DNA of 64,000 nt from an uncultured Planctomycetaceae bacterium. Its GTDB lineage: Bacteria > Planctomycetota > Planctomycetia > Isosphaerales > Isosphaeraceae. Below, in pieces: positions 38,761-50,038 of this stretch. Location of the stretch: positions 3,008,001 to 3,072,000 of the forward strand of contig CAWIAD010000002.1 in NCBI GenBank assembly GCA_963833985.1, given 5' to 3'. The notes under the pieces are model-generated. The model was not told where the DNA came from. It made no database searches and saw only the letters and a program-made list of their open reading frames with translations. Each line of letters starts with the position of its first letter. Within the stretch, counting starts at the first letter, position 1. The translations under genes were made by a program, and so were the position numbers.

Positions 38761-39780
38761 ATGAGTATTGCGGACCGCCCAGAAAGCGCTTTGGTACACT
38801 CGCAATCAAGTTTCCCGCGCTCCAGTTCGCAGGCCAGGCCTTCTTTCGAACGCGACTTCGAGATCGTGCTCCATGTGGGTCATCCCAAGACCGCGACGAC
38901 ATGGCTGCAAGCAAACCTCTTCGAGAAACCTGAGTCGGGTTTCCTCATCCCCTGGCCCGATTCGCGCTCGCTGGCGATCGCTGCTTTTGTGACGGTGAAT
39001 CCTTATCTGCGCGATCCCGAATGGTCGCGGAGCCTGTTCCAGAGCGGACTGGATCGCGCGGGCGAGGACGAGGCCGGCCGGGTGCCCGTCCTTTCGGACG
39101 AGACCCTGTGCGGCGACCCCGTGCAGCGCCGCTACACCGGGCGCGACGTTGCCGACCGGATTCACGCGGCGTTTCCACGCGCCAGGGTGCTGATTGGCAT
39201 TCGCGAGCAGAAGGCCATGGCGCTCTCGGCATTCCGCGAGTATATCTTCATGGGAGGTACCTTGCCGCTGAGGGATTTCATCGGCACCGGATGCGAGCCG
39301 CTCAGCTTCACCCCCATTCTCCGCGAGGACTTTCTCAGTTACGACCTGATCGTCGGCTATTACCAGGAGCTTTATGGCTCCGAGAACGTGCTCGTGCTGC
39401 CCATCGAGCAGCTTCGCAAGGACCGCTCGCTTTACGTCCGCAACCTGCGTTCGTTCTGCGGCTGTCCGGGCGAGTTCGAGGTCGATGCCCAGCCGGCTCA
39501 CGTAGGCTGGTCCGCGCTCACGCTGGGGATACGCCGCAGGCTCAATCCGCTCCTCCCGACCAGTCCGTTATCACTGGGCCGTCGCCAGATGCAGAACCGC
39601 ATCGCCTACCGAATCTGCGACGCGATCGACCGCATGCCAAGGCGGTGGAGCCATGCCATCGAACGGCGCTGGAAGGAGCAGATCTCCCGGCGCTATGAGG
39701 GTGCCTTCGGCGAATCCAACCGCCGCCTGGCGCGATTGACCGGAATCGACCTTGGCGCGCTGGGCTATGACCTGGGCTGA
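38761..39780 (+). CDS. Sulfotransferase-like P-loop protein
   Basis: 'LHVGHPKTATTWLQ' PAPS-binding-like motif; 'LSDE', 'IREQ'. Confidence 0.75.
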   Translation: MSIADRPESALVHSQSSFPRSSSQARPSFERDFEIVLHVGHPKTATTWLQANLFEKPESGFLIPWPDSRSLAIAAFVTVNPYLRDPEWSRSLFQSGLDRAGEDEAGRVPVLSDETLCGDPVQRRYTGRDVADRIHAAFPRARVLIGIREQKAMALSAFREYIFMGGTLPLRDFIGTGCEPLSFTPILREDFLSYDLIVGYYQELYGSENVLVLPIEQLRKDRSLYVRNLRSFCGCPGEFEVDAQPAHVGWSALTLGIRRRLNPLLPTSPLSLGRRQMQNRIAYRICDAIDRMPRRWSHAIERRWKEQISRRYEGAFGESNRRLARLTGIDLGALGYDLG

Positions 39781-39863
39781 GCGGCTTGCGGGCGCTTCGC
39801 TCGCGTGATTTTTCCGTCATTCCTGCCCGGCCTTCTGGCAGCTTTCTCGAGAAGCAATCGACC

Positions 39864-40787
39864 ATGCCGATACGGTGTCTCCACGCACTGGTTCTGGGGC
39901 TGCCAGGCCTGGTGTGCAACGTCCCCGCGCAGGCCGCCGAGCCGCTCCGGGTGGTGGTCTTCGGAGCCCATCCCGACGATTGCGAGTATGACGCCGGAGG
40001 CACTGCCGCGCGTTCGGCGCAAGCCGGCTTCAGGGTCAAGTTCATCGCACTCACCAACGGCGACATTGGCCATCACAAGATCGGCGGCATGTTCCTGGCG
40101 CGCCGCCGCGCGGACGAGGCCCGGAAGGCCGCCGCCATACTCGGGGTCGAGACCGAGGTGCTGGACCATCACGACGGTGAGCTCATGCCAACGCTGGAAA
40201 ACCGCCGCGAGGTCGTCTGCAAGATCCGCCAGTGGCGGGCCGACGTGGTTGTGGCCAACCGACCCAACGACTACCATCCCGACCATCGCTACACGGGCGT
40301 TCTGGTCCAGGATGCGGCCTTCATGGTCACGGTGCCCGGTTTCTGCCCGGACGTCCCCGCGCTGCGGAAGAACCCCGTCTTCCTGTACACCGAGGACGAG
40401 TTCCAGCGACCCAACCCCTTCTCGGCGGACATCGTCGTGCCGATCGATACGGTGGCCGGGCTCAAGCTGGCGGCCTTCGACGCCATCGAGTCGCAGTTCT
40501 ACGAGTGGGACCCGTTCATGGGCGACGACCTCGACCAGGTGCCCGCCGACAAGATCGAGCGCAAGCGCTGGCTGGCGTCTCAAAACCTGCCGATCTTCGG
40601 CAGGGTCGCCGACCGCTTCCGCGATCGGCTGGTGCGCGAACTGGGCGAGCGCCGGGGCAGGGCGGTGAAGTACGCTGAGGCGTTCGAGGTCTGCGAGTAC
40701 GGCAGCCAGCCAACCGAGGAAGATCTGCGGCGGATCTTTCCGTTCCTCTGGGCCGCCCCAACCGCGAGTGATTCTCACAAGCCCTGA
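39864..40787 (+). CDS. PIG-L/LmbE-family deacetylase, exported
   Basis: GAHPDD, TNGD, DYHPDH, YAEAFE; signal peptide. Confidence 0.92.
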   Translation: MPIRCLHALVLGLPGLVCNVPAQAAEPLRVVVFGAHPDDCEYDAGGTAARSAQAGFRVKFIALTNGDIGHHKIGGMFLARRRADEARKAAAILGVETEVLDHHDGELMPTLENRREVVCKIRQWRADVVVANRPNDYHPDHRYTGVLVQDAAFMVTVPGFCPDVPALRKNPVFLYTEDEFQRPNPFSADIVVPIDTVAGLKLAAFDAIESQFYEWDPFMGDDLDQVPADKIERKRWLASQNLPIFGRVADRFRDRLVRELGERRGRAVKYAEAFEVCEYGSQPTEEDLRRIFPFLWAAPTASDSHKP

Positions 40788-40794
40788 CACGGCC

Positions 40795-41889
40795 TCACGG
40801 GCGATCGCGGGATTCTTTACGAGCCGCCGGCGGCCCGGCATTCGGCCCGGCCGGCGCGCCCTTGGGCCTGGTCCGGGGAATCGTCTTGAACCGCGAGGAC
40901 TCGAAGACCCGTGTTCCCTGCGGCGTGGATCGGATGTAAAGCGCCGCGGTGCCCGGCATCGATTCGATGAGCTTCATTCCCTGCTCGGGTCCCAGCAGGT
41001 AGACCGAGGTCTCCAGGGCGTCCGAGGTGCGGCCGTCGGGCGCCACGACCGTCACGCTGGCGCGATCTTCCACGCCGACCCCGGTCATCGGATTGATGAT
41101 GTGCGAGTAGCGGTGTCCGTCGATGATCACGAAGCGTTCGGCATCGCCTGAGGTCGAGATCGCGGCGTTGGCCAGCAGGACGTAGGTCTGAGGCTCGGAT
41201 TCTTGAGGGTTGAGGCCGGCGACCGCGATCGTCCAGCCGTCGGCGTCCGGCGGTGGGTCGGCGACGACAATGTCGCCGGCGGCCGCTGCGAGGGCACGTG
41301 TGATGCCCTGCGATTTTAGCACGTCGATGGCCGCCTGTGCCGCGTACCCCTTGGCAATGCCTCCGACGTCCAGCCGCATGCCGGTCCTGGTGAGCTGGAC
41401 CGTCCGCTTCCCCGGGTCGAGCAGCAGCTTGTCGCTGCCGACCAGGGCACGAGCCTCGGCGATCTTCTGAGGATCGGGCAGCTTGCGGTCGCGCCGCGCC
41501 CGCCGCCAGAGCCGGCCCACGGGGGCAATCGTCACGTCGAACACGCCGCCGGTGCGCGACCAGTACTCCTTCGACAGGGCCAGCACGTCGAACAGGTCGG
41601 CGCTCACGGCGACGGGCGGGCCGCCGGCCATTTGCCCGAGGCGCGACAGCTCGCTCTCCGGCTGGTAGTCGCTGAGGGTGGCGTCGAGTGCGGCGACGCG
41701 GTCGAAGGCCAGGCGGGAGGCGCGTCTAGCAGTCGCCGCGTCGCTGGAGTATAAGAGAATTTTGAAGGAACACCCCATGTGAGTTTCGACGAACTCGAAC
41801 CGCGCTGGATGTTCTGCCGAATCCGCATACGCGAAGGTGCCCGCGGTGACCGCAAGAACCAGCCAGGCGCCCGGCAACGATGCGAACAT
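40795..41889 (-). CDS. apbE: FAD:protein FMN transferase
   Basis: 'HMGCSF', 'SELSRL', 'FDVTIAP', 'LDVGGIAKGYA', 'AISTSGDAER...YSHIINP', 'SDALET'. Confidence 0.93.
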   Translation of the reverse strand: MFASLPGAWLVLAVTAGTFAYADSAEHPARFEFVETHMGCSFKILLYSSDAATARRASRLAFDRVAALDATLSDYQPESELSRLGQMAGGPPVAVSADLFDVLALSKEYWSRTGGVFDVTIAPVGRLWRRARRDRKLPDPQKIAEARALVGSDKLLLDPGKRTVQLTRTGMRLDVGGIAKGYAAQAAIDVLKSQGITRALAAAAGDIVVADPPPDADGWTIAVAGLNPQESEPQTYVLLANAAISTSGDAERFVIIDGHRYSHIINPMTGVGVEDRASVTVVAPDGRTSDALETSVYLLGPEQGMKLIESMPGTAALYIRSTPQGTRVFESSRFKTIPRTRPKGAPAGPNAGPPAARKESRDRP

Positions 41890-41973
41890 GAGTCCCCCAT
41901 GAACAACTTCGTTTTGAAACTCAAGACCGACGGACGACCTGAAAGCCGATCCGACCTGTGGAGCATACCAAAC

Positions 41974-43026
<1,053 letters not shown>

Positions 43027-43127
43027 ACGGTGGCCCTGGCCGTTTCTTTTCGCCTTCCCCGGGCTCCACCTGGCCGCATCGTGCATCCGGGACGAACCCG
43101 TTTCTTGATCCCCTGGAGAACGCACCC

Positions 43128-44402
43128 ATGACCGAACCCTCCACCCCCAGTCGCCGCGATTTTCTCAAGGCGTCGACCGCTGCGACGGCCGGCCTGGCCT
43201 TCCTGCCCAACGCCCACGCCAAGGGCAACGACACCATCAAGGTCGGATTGATTGGCTGCGGAGGCCGCGGTACCGGGGCGGCCGATAACATCTGCGAGGC
43301 GGCCGGCACCACCTACAACATCAAGATTCACGCACTTGCCGACGTCTTCGAGGATCGCCTCCGCAACTGCCGCGACGCGATCAAGAATTCCAATCATGGC
43401 CGGGACAAGTTCGACATCTCCGACGACCGCTGCTTCGTCGGCTTCGACGCCTACCAGAAGGTGATCGAGTGCTGCGACCTGGTGATGCTGGCAACCCCGC
43501 CGGGCTTCCGTCCCCAGCACATCGAGGCGGTGGTGAAAGCCGGCAAGAACCTGTTCACGGAGAAGCCCGTGGGCGTGGACCCGACCGGCATCCGCAAGGT
43601 GCTCGCCGCACACGAGGTGGCCAGGGACAAGAAGCTCTGCGTCGTCGCGGGAACCCAGCGCCGCCATGAGGCCGGGTACATCGAGGGAATCAAGCGCATC
43701 CACGACGGTGCCATCGGCGATGTCACCTCGGGCCGGGTCTACTGGAACGGCGGGGCCATCTGGGCCAACAAGCGGCAGCCAGGCTGGAGCGATACGGAGT
43801 ACCAGATGCGCAACTGGTACCACTTCACCTGGCTGTGCGGCGACCATATCGTCGAGCAGCACGTGCACAACCTGGACGTCACCTGCTGGGTGCTGGGCCA
43901 TCCTCCGGTCCGCGCCGTGGGCATGGGCGGCCGCCAGGGGCCCAGCGAGCCCGAGAAGGGGCAGAGCTACGACCACTTCGCGGTCGACTTCGAGTTCCCC
44001 AATGATGTGCACATCATGAGCATGTGCCGCCAGATCGAAGGCTGCGAGAACAATGTCTCCGAATCGTTCACCGGCACCACCGGGCAGTTCCATAGCGGCG
44101 GCTTCCGGTTCACTGGCAAGTCGAACACGCGGGTCCGCGCCCGGGGCATCAACCCCTACGTGCAGGAGCACATCGACCTGCTCGAGAGCATCGTTTCCGG
44201 CAAGCCGATCAATGAGCTGAAGCAGGTGGCCGAGAGCACTCTCGTGGCCATCATGGGACGGTTGTCCGCCTACACGGGCAAAGCGCTCACCTGGGATCAG
44301 GTGCTCAACTCCAAGCTGGACACCTTCCCGCAGCACCTGGACATGAAGGGCTCCATGGAAGAAGGCCAGCTGGCAAGGCCGGGCGTCACCGAATTCATCT
44401 GA
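43128..44402 (+). CDS. Tat-exported Gfo/Idh/MocA oxidoreductase
   Basis: SRRDFLK, GCGGRG, EKP, 'GDHIVEQHVHNLD'. Confidence 0.95.
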   Translation: MTEPSTPSRRDFLKASTAATAGLAFLPNAHAKGNDTIKVGLIGCGGRGTGAADNICEAAGTTYNIKIHALADVFEDRLRNCRDAIKNSNHGRDKFDISDDRCFVGFDAYQKVIECCDLVMLATPPGFRPQHIEAVVKAGKNLFTEKPVGVDPTGIRKVLAAHEVARDKKLCVVAGTQRRHEAGYIEGIKRIHDGAIGDVTSGRVYWNGGAIWANKRQPGWSDTEYQMRNWYHFTWLCGDHIVEQHVHNLDVTCWVLGHPPVRAVGMGGRQGPSEPEKGQSYDHFAVDFEFPNDVHIMSMCRQIEGCENNVSESFTGTTGQFHSGGFRFTGKSNTRVRARGINPYVQEHIDLLESIVSGKPINELKQVAESTLVAIMGRLSAYTGKALTWDQVLNSKLDTFPQHLDMKGSMEEGQLARPGVTEFI

Positions 44403-44494
44403 CCCTTCGAGCGACCGCGCGGGCCAGGGGAGTGGAGCAAGCCAGCACCATTCCGCTGGCCCGTGCCGCGCCGGAACATTCGAGAGGCGGTCTC

Positions 44495-45364
44495 ATGCTC
44501 AAGACACTCTGTGCAAGCCTGCTCGCGCTCGTCCTCGGAACCACGCTGCACGCCGCGGATACCACCAAGGTCGTCCTGGTGGCCGGGCATCCCAGCCATG
44601 GACCCGGCGAGCATGAGTTCAATGCGGGCTGCAAGCTCCTCGGCAAGTGCCTGGCCCAGGTGCCGGGCATCGAGCCCGTTATTGTCACCGGCGGCTGGCC
44701 CAGGGATGAGTCGGTCTTCGAGGGTGCCAGGGCACTGGTGTTCTTCATGGACGGCGGGGGCGGCCACCCCATGATCCAGCGCGATCACCTGGCGAAACTT
44801 CAGAAGCTGATGGACAAGGGTGTCGGCGTGGCCTGCCTGCACTATGCCGTTGAGGTGCCCAGGGGAGAGCCCGGCAACAAGTTCCTCGACTGGCTGGGTG
44901 GGTACTACGAGACCGGATATTCCACCAACCCGCACTGGAAGGCCGAGATCGTGTCCCTGCCGCGGCATCCCATCACCTCCGGCGTGCAGCCGTTTGCCCT
45001 GCGCGACGAGTGGTACTTCAACATCCGCTTCCGCCCCGAGATGAAGGGCATCACGCCGATCCTTATGGCCAGGCCCGACGACCGTACACGGCAGGGGGTG
45101 TCCTCGGCCCCGCGCGGGCCGTACAGGCACATCGTGGAGGCCAAGGGCCGCGACGAGGTGCTTGCCTGGGCCGTGGAGCGGCCCGACGGCGGCCGCGGGT
45201 TTGGCTTCACCGGAGCACACTTCCACAGCAACTGGGGCGACCCGAACTTCCGCAAGCTGGTCCTGAACGCCATCCTCTGGACGGCCGGAGTGGACGTGCC
45301 CGCGGCCGGGGTGGAAAGCCGCCTGACTCCCGAGGAGCTGAAGGCGAACCTCGACCCGAAGTGA
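44495..45364 (+). CDS. ThuA-like (class I GATase-fold) exported protein
   Basis: 'SHGPGEHEF', 'LHYA', 'DEWY', 'GRGFGFTGAHFH.NW...RKLVLNAILW'. Confidence 0.88.
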   Translation: MLKTLCASLLALVLGTTLHAADTTKVVLVAGHPSHGPGEHEFNAGCKLLGKCLAQVPGIEPVIVTGGWPRDESVFEGARALVFFMDGGGGHPMIQRDHLAKLQKLMDKGVGVACLHYAVEVPRGEPGNKFLDWLGGYYETGYSTNPHWKAEIVSLPRHPITSGVQPFALRDEWYFNIRFRPEMKGITPILMARPDDRTRQGVSSAPRGPYRHIVEAKGRDEVLAWAVERPDGGRGFGFTGAHFHSNWGDPNFRKLVLNAILWTAGVDVPAAGVESRLTPEELKANLDPK

Positions 45365-45479
45365 TGCGCACGGTCCCGAACGACATCTCGCAAATCGAAC
45401 CGGCTCGCCCTGGTCACGGGGCGGGCTTCTTCTCTCTGTCCCTGCACCAGCCCCTCGAAAAACCTGGGGCTGTGCCCCG

Positions 45480-45527
45480 TTGACAACGGGCCGGATCCAG
45501 CTAGACTCCTCAAGGTAATCGATTACC
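45480..45527 (+). promoter_or_regulatory. Sigma70-like promoter with a downstream LacI-type palindromic operator
   Basis: TTGACA (45480)-16 nt-TAGACT (45502); perfect palindrome GGTAATCGATTACC at 45514-45527. Confidence 0.7.
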
Positions 45528-45791
45528 CTGCGCGATTTCTGGAAACGCCGGCGCAGCGAGGGTCGCCGATGTTCGATCGCACGTCGTGGATGCCTGATCC
45601 CGTCGGGAAGGTCGCCCGCGGCCCCGGCAGCAGCACCTCACGGCCGGACTCTCCGGTGACGTGCCCGATGCTCTGGCCGCGTCCTGAGCCGGCCTGGGTC
45701 CAGGCCGCGCCTTCGGAGGGTCTTGCTTGCCTGTTGCGCCGGGCGGTGTTCCCGTCCTCAGATCCCAACACACACGTCAATGGATTTGCTT

Positions 45792-47729
45792 ATGAACAGG
45801 TCGATGAAAGCTCTTGTCATCCTGCTGACGGCCGTCACAGGAGGCAGCCCGGCTCATGGCGAGGGGCATTACCGGAGCTTCACCGTGTCCACCTACGCCA
45901 TCCAGAGCACCGTCCAGGGCCTGATGCGCGGCAACCCTGATCCCGAGCGGTCGTGGGCCACCCTGACGCGCACGCTCAAGATCGACAAGATCTACCTCGA
46001 GGTCATGCGCAACCACACGCTCGTCGATGAAACGGGCCTGGAGAAACTGAAGAAGTTCTTCCAGGATCGGGGCGTGCAGGTTTGCGGTGGCCTGGCCTAC
46101 AGCAGCAGCGAAAGCAACGGCTATCAGGGCTTCGATTACGCGGACCCGGAGAACCGCCGGTTCGCTCGAGAGGCCGTGGAAATGGCCGCCCGCCATTTCG
46201 ATGAGATCCTCCTCGACGACTACTACTTCTTCGATCGCAAGACGGATTTCGACATCAAGGCCAAGGGCCGCAGGTCGTGGACGCAGTATCGTCTGGAATC
46301 CATGCGCGAGGTGACCGAGAACCTCATCATCAAGCCCGCCAGGGCCGTCAATCCGAAATGCAAGGTCATCATCAAGATGGCGAACTGGTATGACCAGTAT
46401 GCCGGCATGGGAAACGACACGGAACGAGTGCCGCTGATCGTCGACGGCATGTTCTGCGGCACCGAATCGCGTCTCTGGGCCGGGCAGGAACAGCACCTCC
46501 AGCCGTACCTCAGCTATGACATCATGCGCTTCATGGATAACCTCAAGCCGGGTGTCAACAAGGGCGGCTGGGTCGATCAGGGCGGGGCCAATCCCATTGA
46601 CCGCTACGCCGAGCAGCTTCTGGACACGGTCTTTTCGCGTGGCCCGGAAGTGTGCTGCTTTCACTATTCCGGCATACTGCGGCCGGTCCGGCCCAGCGCG
46701 ATCACCGAACGCGCCTGGGCCGAGCAGCCCACCAGCCTCAATTTCCAGGAGCTGAAGAAAAGCCTCCGTCCAGACGACGGGAATCCCACTTTCGCCGACG
46801 TTGCCGCCTATACCCTGGGCCAGGTCGACAAGGTCCTCGTCAAGCTGGGCAAACCCGTGGGCGTCAAGGCGTACACGCCCTATCACGCTACCGGCGAGGA
46901 ATTTCTCCACGACTACCTGGGCATGATCGGCGTGCCCATGGACATATTTCCCCAGTTCCCTGCCGACGCCGGCATGGTGCTTCTGACGGAGCAGGCCAGG
47001 CTCGACCCCGACATCATCAGCAAGATCCAGGGACAGCTCGAGGCCGGCAAGTCCGTCTGCGTCACCTCCGGATTCCTTCGTGCCATGAAGGGCAAGGGGA
47101 TCGAGGAGATCTGCGAGGTCGAAACCACCGGCGCCACCGTGCCGGTCCGCGGCTTTGCCTTCGCCGGCGGCCCCGGGGCGCCCTTCCCCAGGGACCGCGG
47201 CCCCACCGAAGCCGCGCGTGACATCCTCATCCCCGAGATCAAGTACTTCAACATCCTGACGCACGACGCCTGGGGCGATGCCCTGGGCATCTCTCCCGGC
47301 GGCACGACCTACCCGATCCTGCTCTCCTGCGACTACTCCAGGGGCAAGTTCTACGTGCTGACCATTCCCAACGACCCCGCCGACCTCTACGCCCTCCCTG
47401 CTCGCGTGCTCGCGGTCATCCGCGCCGCGCTGGGTGCCGCGGAGCCCATCCGCATCGAGACGGCTCCCGCGCAGGTCGCCCTCTTTCGTTACGACAACGG
47501 CACCTTCATCGTCCAGAACTACCTGTCCACGGCTGCGGATGTCACCGTCTCCGTCGCCGGCCAGGTCACACAGATTCATAACCTGCAAACCGGCGAGGGC
47601 CTGGCGCCCGCCACGGCGGCCGGGCGCGGTTTCGGCGGTTTCCCCGGCCGCAGACCAGCGGCTCCGCCGCGTACCTCCTTCACGTTCACCGTCTTGCCTC
47701 ATTCGTACATGGCCTTCGAAGCGAAATAA
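45792..47729 (+). CDS. Secreted hypothetical protein, possibly a TIM-barrel glycoside hydrolase
   Basis: Long clean ORF with signal peptide; 'HFDEILLDDYYF'; first gene of an operon with GH43 and an SGNH esterase. Confidence 0.6.
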   Translation: MNRSMKALVILLTAVTGGSPAHGEGHYRSFTVSTYAIQSTVQGLMRGNPDPERSWATLTRTLKIDKIYLEVMRNHTLVDETGLEKLKKFFQDRGVQVCGGLAYSSSESNGYQGFDYADPENRRFAREAVEMAARHFDEILLDDYYFFDRKTDFDIKAKGRRSWTQYRLESMREVTENLIIKPARAVNPKCKVIIKMANWYDQYAGMGNDTERVPLIVDGMFCGTESRLWAGQEQHLQPYLSYDIMRFMDNLKPGVNKGGWVDQGGANPIDRYAEQLLDTVFSRGPEVCCFHYSGILRPVRPSAITERAWAEQPTSLNFQELKKSLRPDDGNPTFADVAAYTLGQVDKVLVKLGKPVGVKAYTPYHATGEEFLHDYLGMIGVPMDIFPQFPADAGMVLLTEQARLDPDIISKIQGQLEAGKSVCVTSGFLRAMKGKGIEEICEVETTGATVPVRGFAFAGGPGAPFPRDRGPTEAARDILIPEIKYFNILTHDAWGDALGISPGGTTYPILLSCDYSRGKFYVLTIPNDPADLYALPARVLAVIRAALGAAEPIRIETAPAQVALFRYDNGTFIVQNYLSTAADVTVSVAGQVTQIHNLQTGEGLAPATAAGRGFGGFPGRRPAAPPRTSFTFTVLPHSYMAFEAK

Positions 47730-47805
47730 GCCTTCAGGGCCGGTGTTTCACGGCCAGTGAATGCGTGTTCCGCCGACAGATAAGGACCACCTGACGGAGG
47801 ACATC

Positions 47806-48879
47806 TTGAAGCGACTGAAACTCGCCATCGGCGTCTTGATTCTCTTGACGGCATGTGTCACCTGCCTTGCCCAGGACTCATCGAAGGCAGCGGTGCCCCG
47901 CGATGGCTCCTCGAGCACGCCCGTCAGCACCGCACCTGCGCCCTGCGCGTCGTACCCCAGGGACTTCACTCTCGAGGGGAATCCCTTCTTCAAGGACGAT
48001 TTCACCGCGGACCCCGCGCCGCTGGTCCACAAGGGCAACCTCTATCTCTATACGGGGCACGACGAGGCCAAGGGGAAGCAGCAGTATACTATGAACAACT
48101 GGTTCTGCTTCTCCACCACCGACATGAAACACTGGACCGCCCACGGCGTGCTGCTCTCGGCCAGGGATTTCAAGTGGGCCAAGGGAGACGCCTGGGCCTC
48201 GCAGGTCATCGAGCGGGGCGGCAAGTTTTACTGGTACGTCGCGGTTCAGCACGACAGCACTCATAACGGGAAGGCCATCGGCGTGGCGGTGGCGGACGGC
48301 CCGACCGGACCCTTCAAGGACGCGCGCGGCTCGGCGCTGGTCACCGAGGAATTGACCAGGGGACGCCCCTGGGACGACATCGACCCCACGGTCCTCATTG
48401 ATACCGACGGAACTCCCTGGCTCTTCTGGGGCAATGGCACCTGCTATTTCGCCAGGCTCAAGCCCAGCATGATCGAGTTCGACGGTGAGATCCAGCGCAC
48501 CAACCGCCTGGAGCGCTACGTTGAAGGCCCGTGGGTCCACAAACGGGGCAACATGTATTATCTGACTTATGCCTCGATGGGGAAGGGCCGGGAGACAATC
48601 CATTACGCCACGTCCGACAAGATCACCGGCCCATGGACGAACCGCGGCATGATCGTGGACAGCGCCGAGAACAGCTTCACCACCCACCCGGGAGTCGTCG
48701 AATTCCAGGGTCAGTGGTACATGTTCTACCACAATGGTGCCATCAAACGACCCGTCGACGGTGGCGGCTCCTTCCGCCGAAGCGTGTGCATCGACTACCT
48801 CGATTACAACGAGGACGGCACGATCAAGCCGGTGGTCCAGACCCGTCAAGGCATCACAGTCCCGCCATTGAGACCATGA
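47806..48879 (+). CDS. Glycoside hydrolase family 43
   Basis: 'FTADPAP', 'AWASQV', 'DIDPTV', 'YVEGPW', 'FTTHPG', 'RRSVCID'. Confidence 0.93.
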   Translation: MKRLKLAIGVLILLTACVTCLAQDSSKAAVPRDGSSSTPVSTAPAPCASYPRDFTLEGNPFFKDDFTADPAPLVHKGNLYLYTGHDEAKGKQQYTMNNWFCFSTTDMKHWTAHGVLLSARDFKWAKGDAWASQVIERGGKFYWYVAVQHDSTHNGKAIGVAVADGPTGPFKDARGSALVTEELTRGRPWDDIDPTVLIDTDGTPWLFWGNGTCYFARLKPSMIEFDGEIQRTNRLERYVEGPWVHKRGNMYYLTYASMGKGRETIHYATSDKITGPWTNRGMIVDSAENSFTTHPGVVEFQGQWYMFYHNGAIKRPVDGGGSFRRSVCIDYLDYNEDGTIKPVVQTRQGITVPPLRP

Positions 48880-48919
48880 ACAGGGCCGGCCGTACACCGG
48901 CCACTCAGGGAGCGTCCGC

Positions 48920-49972
48920 ATGAGCATCAAGTCAGTCCTCGCACTGGTCCCGGTCGTCTTGCTGGGCTTTGGCACCGCCTCGGTGCGCGCGCAGACGGGT
49001 CCGACATCGCCCAACGGAGCGGTGCCCGGACAGGTGCCGCAGCGTGGCACCCCGGGAGTTGGCCGCGGCGCCGGGGGCCGGCGCCCGTTCGTTCCTCCGG
49101 GACCTCCGGCTCCCGTACCACCGGCCGTCGCCATCACGCGGCCCACCCCCGCGGAACTCGCCACGATCAACGCCCGCCTCAAGCAGTTCATCGAGAGCGA
49201 CAACTCCCCCGATCAGGAGCTGCTCAAGAGGTTCGAGCCGCTCATCCTGGTGCGGATGCCGCGCGACAATCCCTGTATCCGCCCCGCGCCTGGCATCCGC
49301 GGCATGCGGCATGATGCTTTCGTGCAAACCGCCAGGACGGGAGATTATGACATCCTCTTCATTGGAGACTCGATCACCGACCTGTGGAACGTGGAGCGCG
49401 ATCCGTTCGGGAACCCGGGTGGCAAGCGCGTCTTCAACAGGTACTTCGGCGACATGAAGGTTGCCAATTTCGGCGTCTCGGGAGACACCACCCAGGGCGT
49501 CCTGTGGGGCCTGCAAAATGGCGAGGGCCAGGGTCACAAACCCAGGGCCGTCATGCTCATGATCGGCACGAATAACACCGGCAACGCCAGCGGCCCTGAG
49601 ATCGCCGAGGGCATCGGCGCCGATGTTCTGGAACTTCGGAAAGATTTCCCCGACGCCAGGATCATGCTGCTCGCCATCTTCCCCCGAGGCAGCAGGCCCA
49701 CCGATCCCAACCGCGTCAAGATCGAGGAGGCGAACAAGATCATCGCCAGGCTCGACGATCAAAAGCACGTCTTCTTCGTCAACATCAATTCCAAATTCCT
49801 GGATGAGAAGGGGGGCCTGATCGGCTTCCGACCCAGCGACAACCTGCACCCGACCGAACAGGGGTACGAAATCTGGGCGGCTTCCGTGGCGCCGATGCTG
49901 AAGAGCTGGCTCCAGATGCCCACTGCCGCTTCCGAACCCGCGGACACCGCCACGCACCGCCTGAAACGCTGA
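48920..49972 (+). CDS. SGNH/GDSL hydrolase (acetylesterase-like), exported
   Basis: GDSIT, NFGVSGD, IGTNN, DNLHP. Confidence 0.93.
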   Translation: MSIKSVLALVPVVLLGFGTASVRAQTGPTSPNGAVPGQVPQRGTPGVGRGAGGRRPFVPPGPPAPVPPAVAITRPTPAELATINARLKQFIESDNSPDQELLKRFEPLILVRMPRDNPCIRPAPGIRGMRHDAFVQTARTGDYDILFIGDSITDLWNVERDPFGNPGGKRVFNRYFGDMKVANFGVSGDTTQGVLWGLQNGEGQGHKPRAVMLMIGTNNTGNASGPEIAEGIGADVLELRKDFPDARIMLLAIFPRGSRPTDPNRVKIEEANKIIARLDDQKHVFFVNINSKFLDEKGGLIGFRPSDNLHPTEQGYEIWAASVAPMLKSWLQMPTAASEPADTATHRLKR

Positions 49973-50038
49973 CCGCAACGCCCGCAACGTCTCCCAGCGA
50001 GCGCGACGGTCCCTCGTACCGCGTTAATCTCCACGTGG

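Noticed and set aside
45777..47702. 641-aa minus-strand ORF and similar long antisense ORFs (e.g. 6442..8100, 27806..29305, 43023..44336, 25933..26970)
   Set aside because: They mirror well-supported genes on the other strand, which is expected in high-GC DNA, and show no recognisable motifs.
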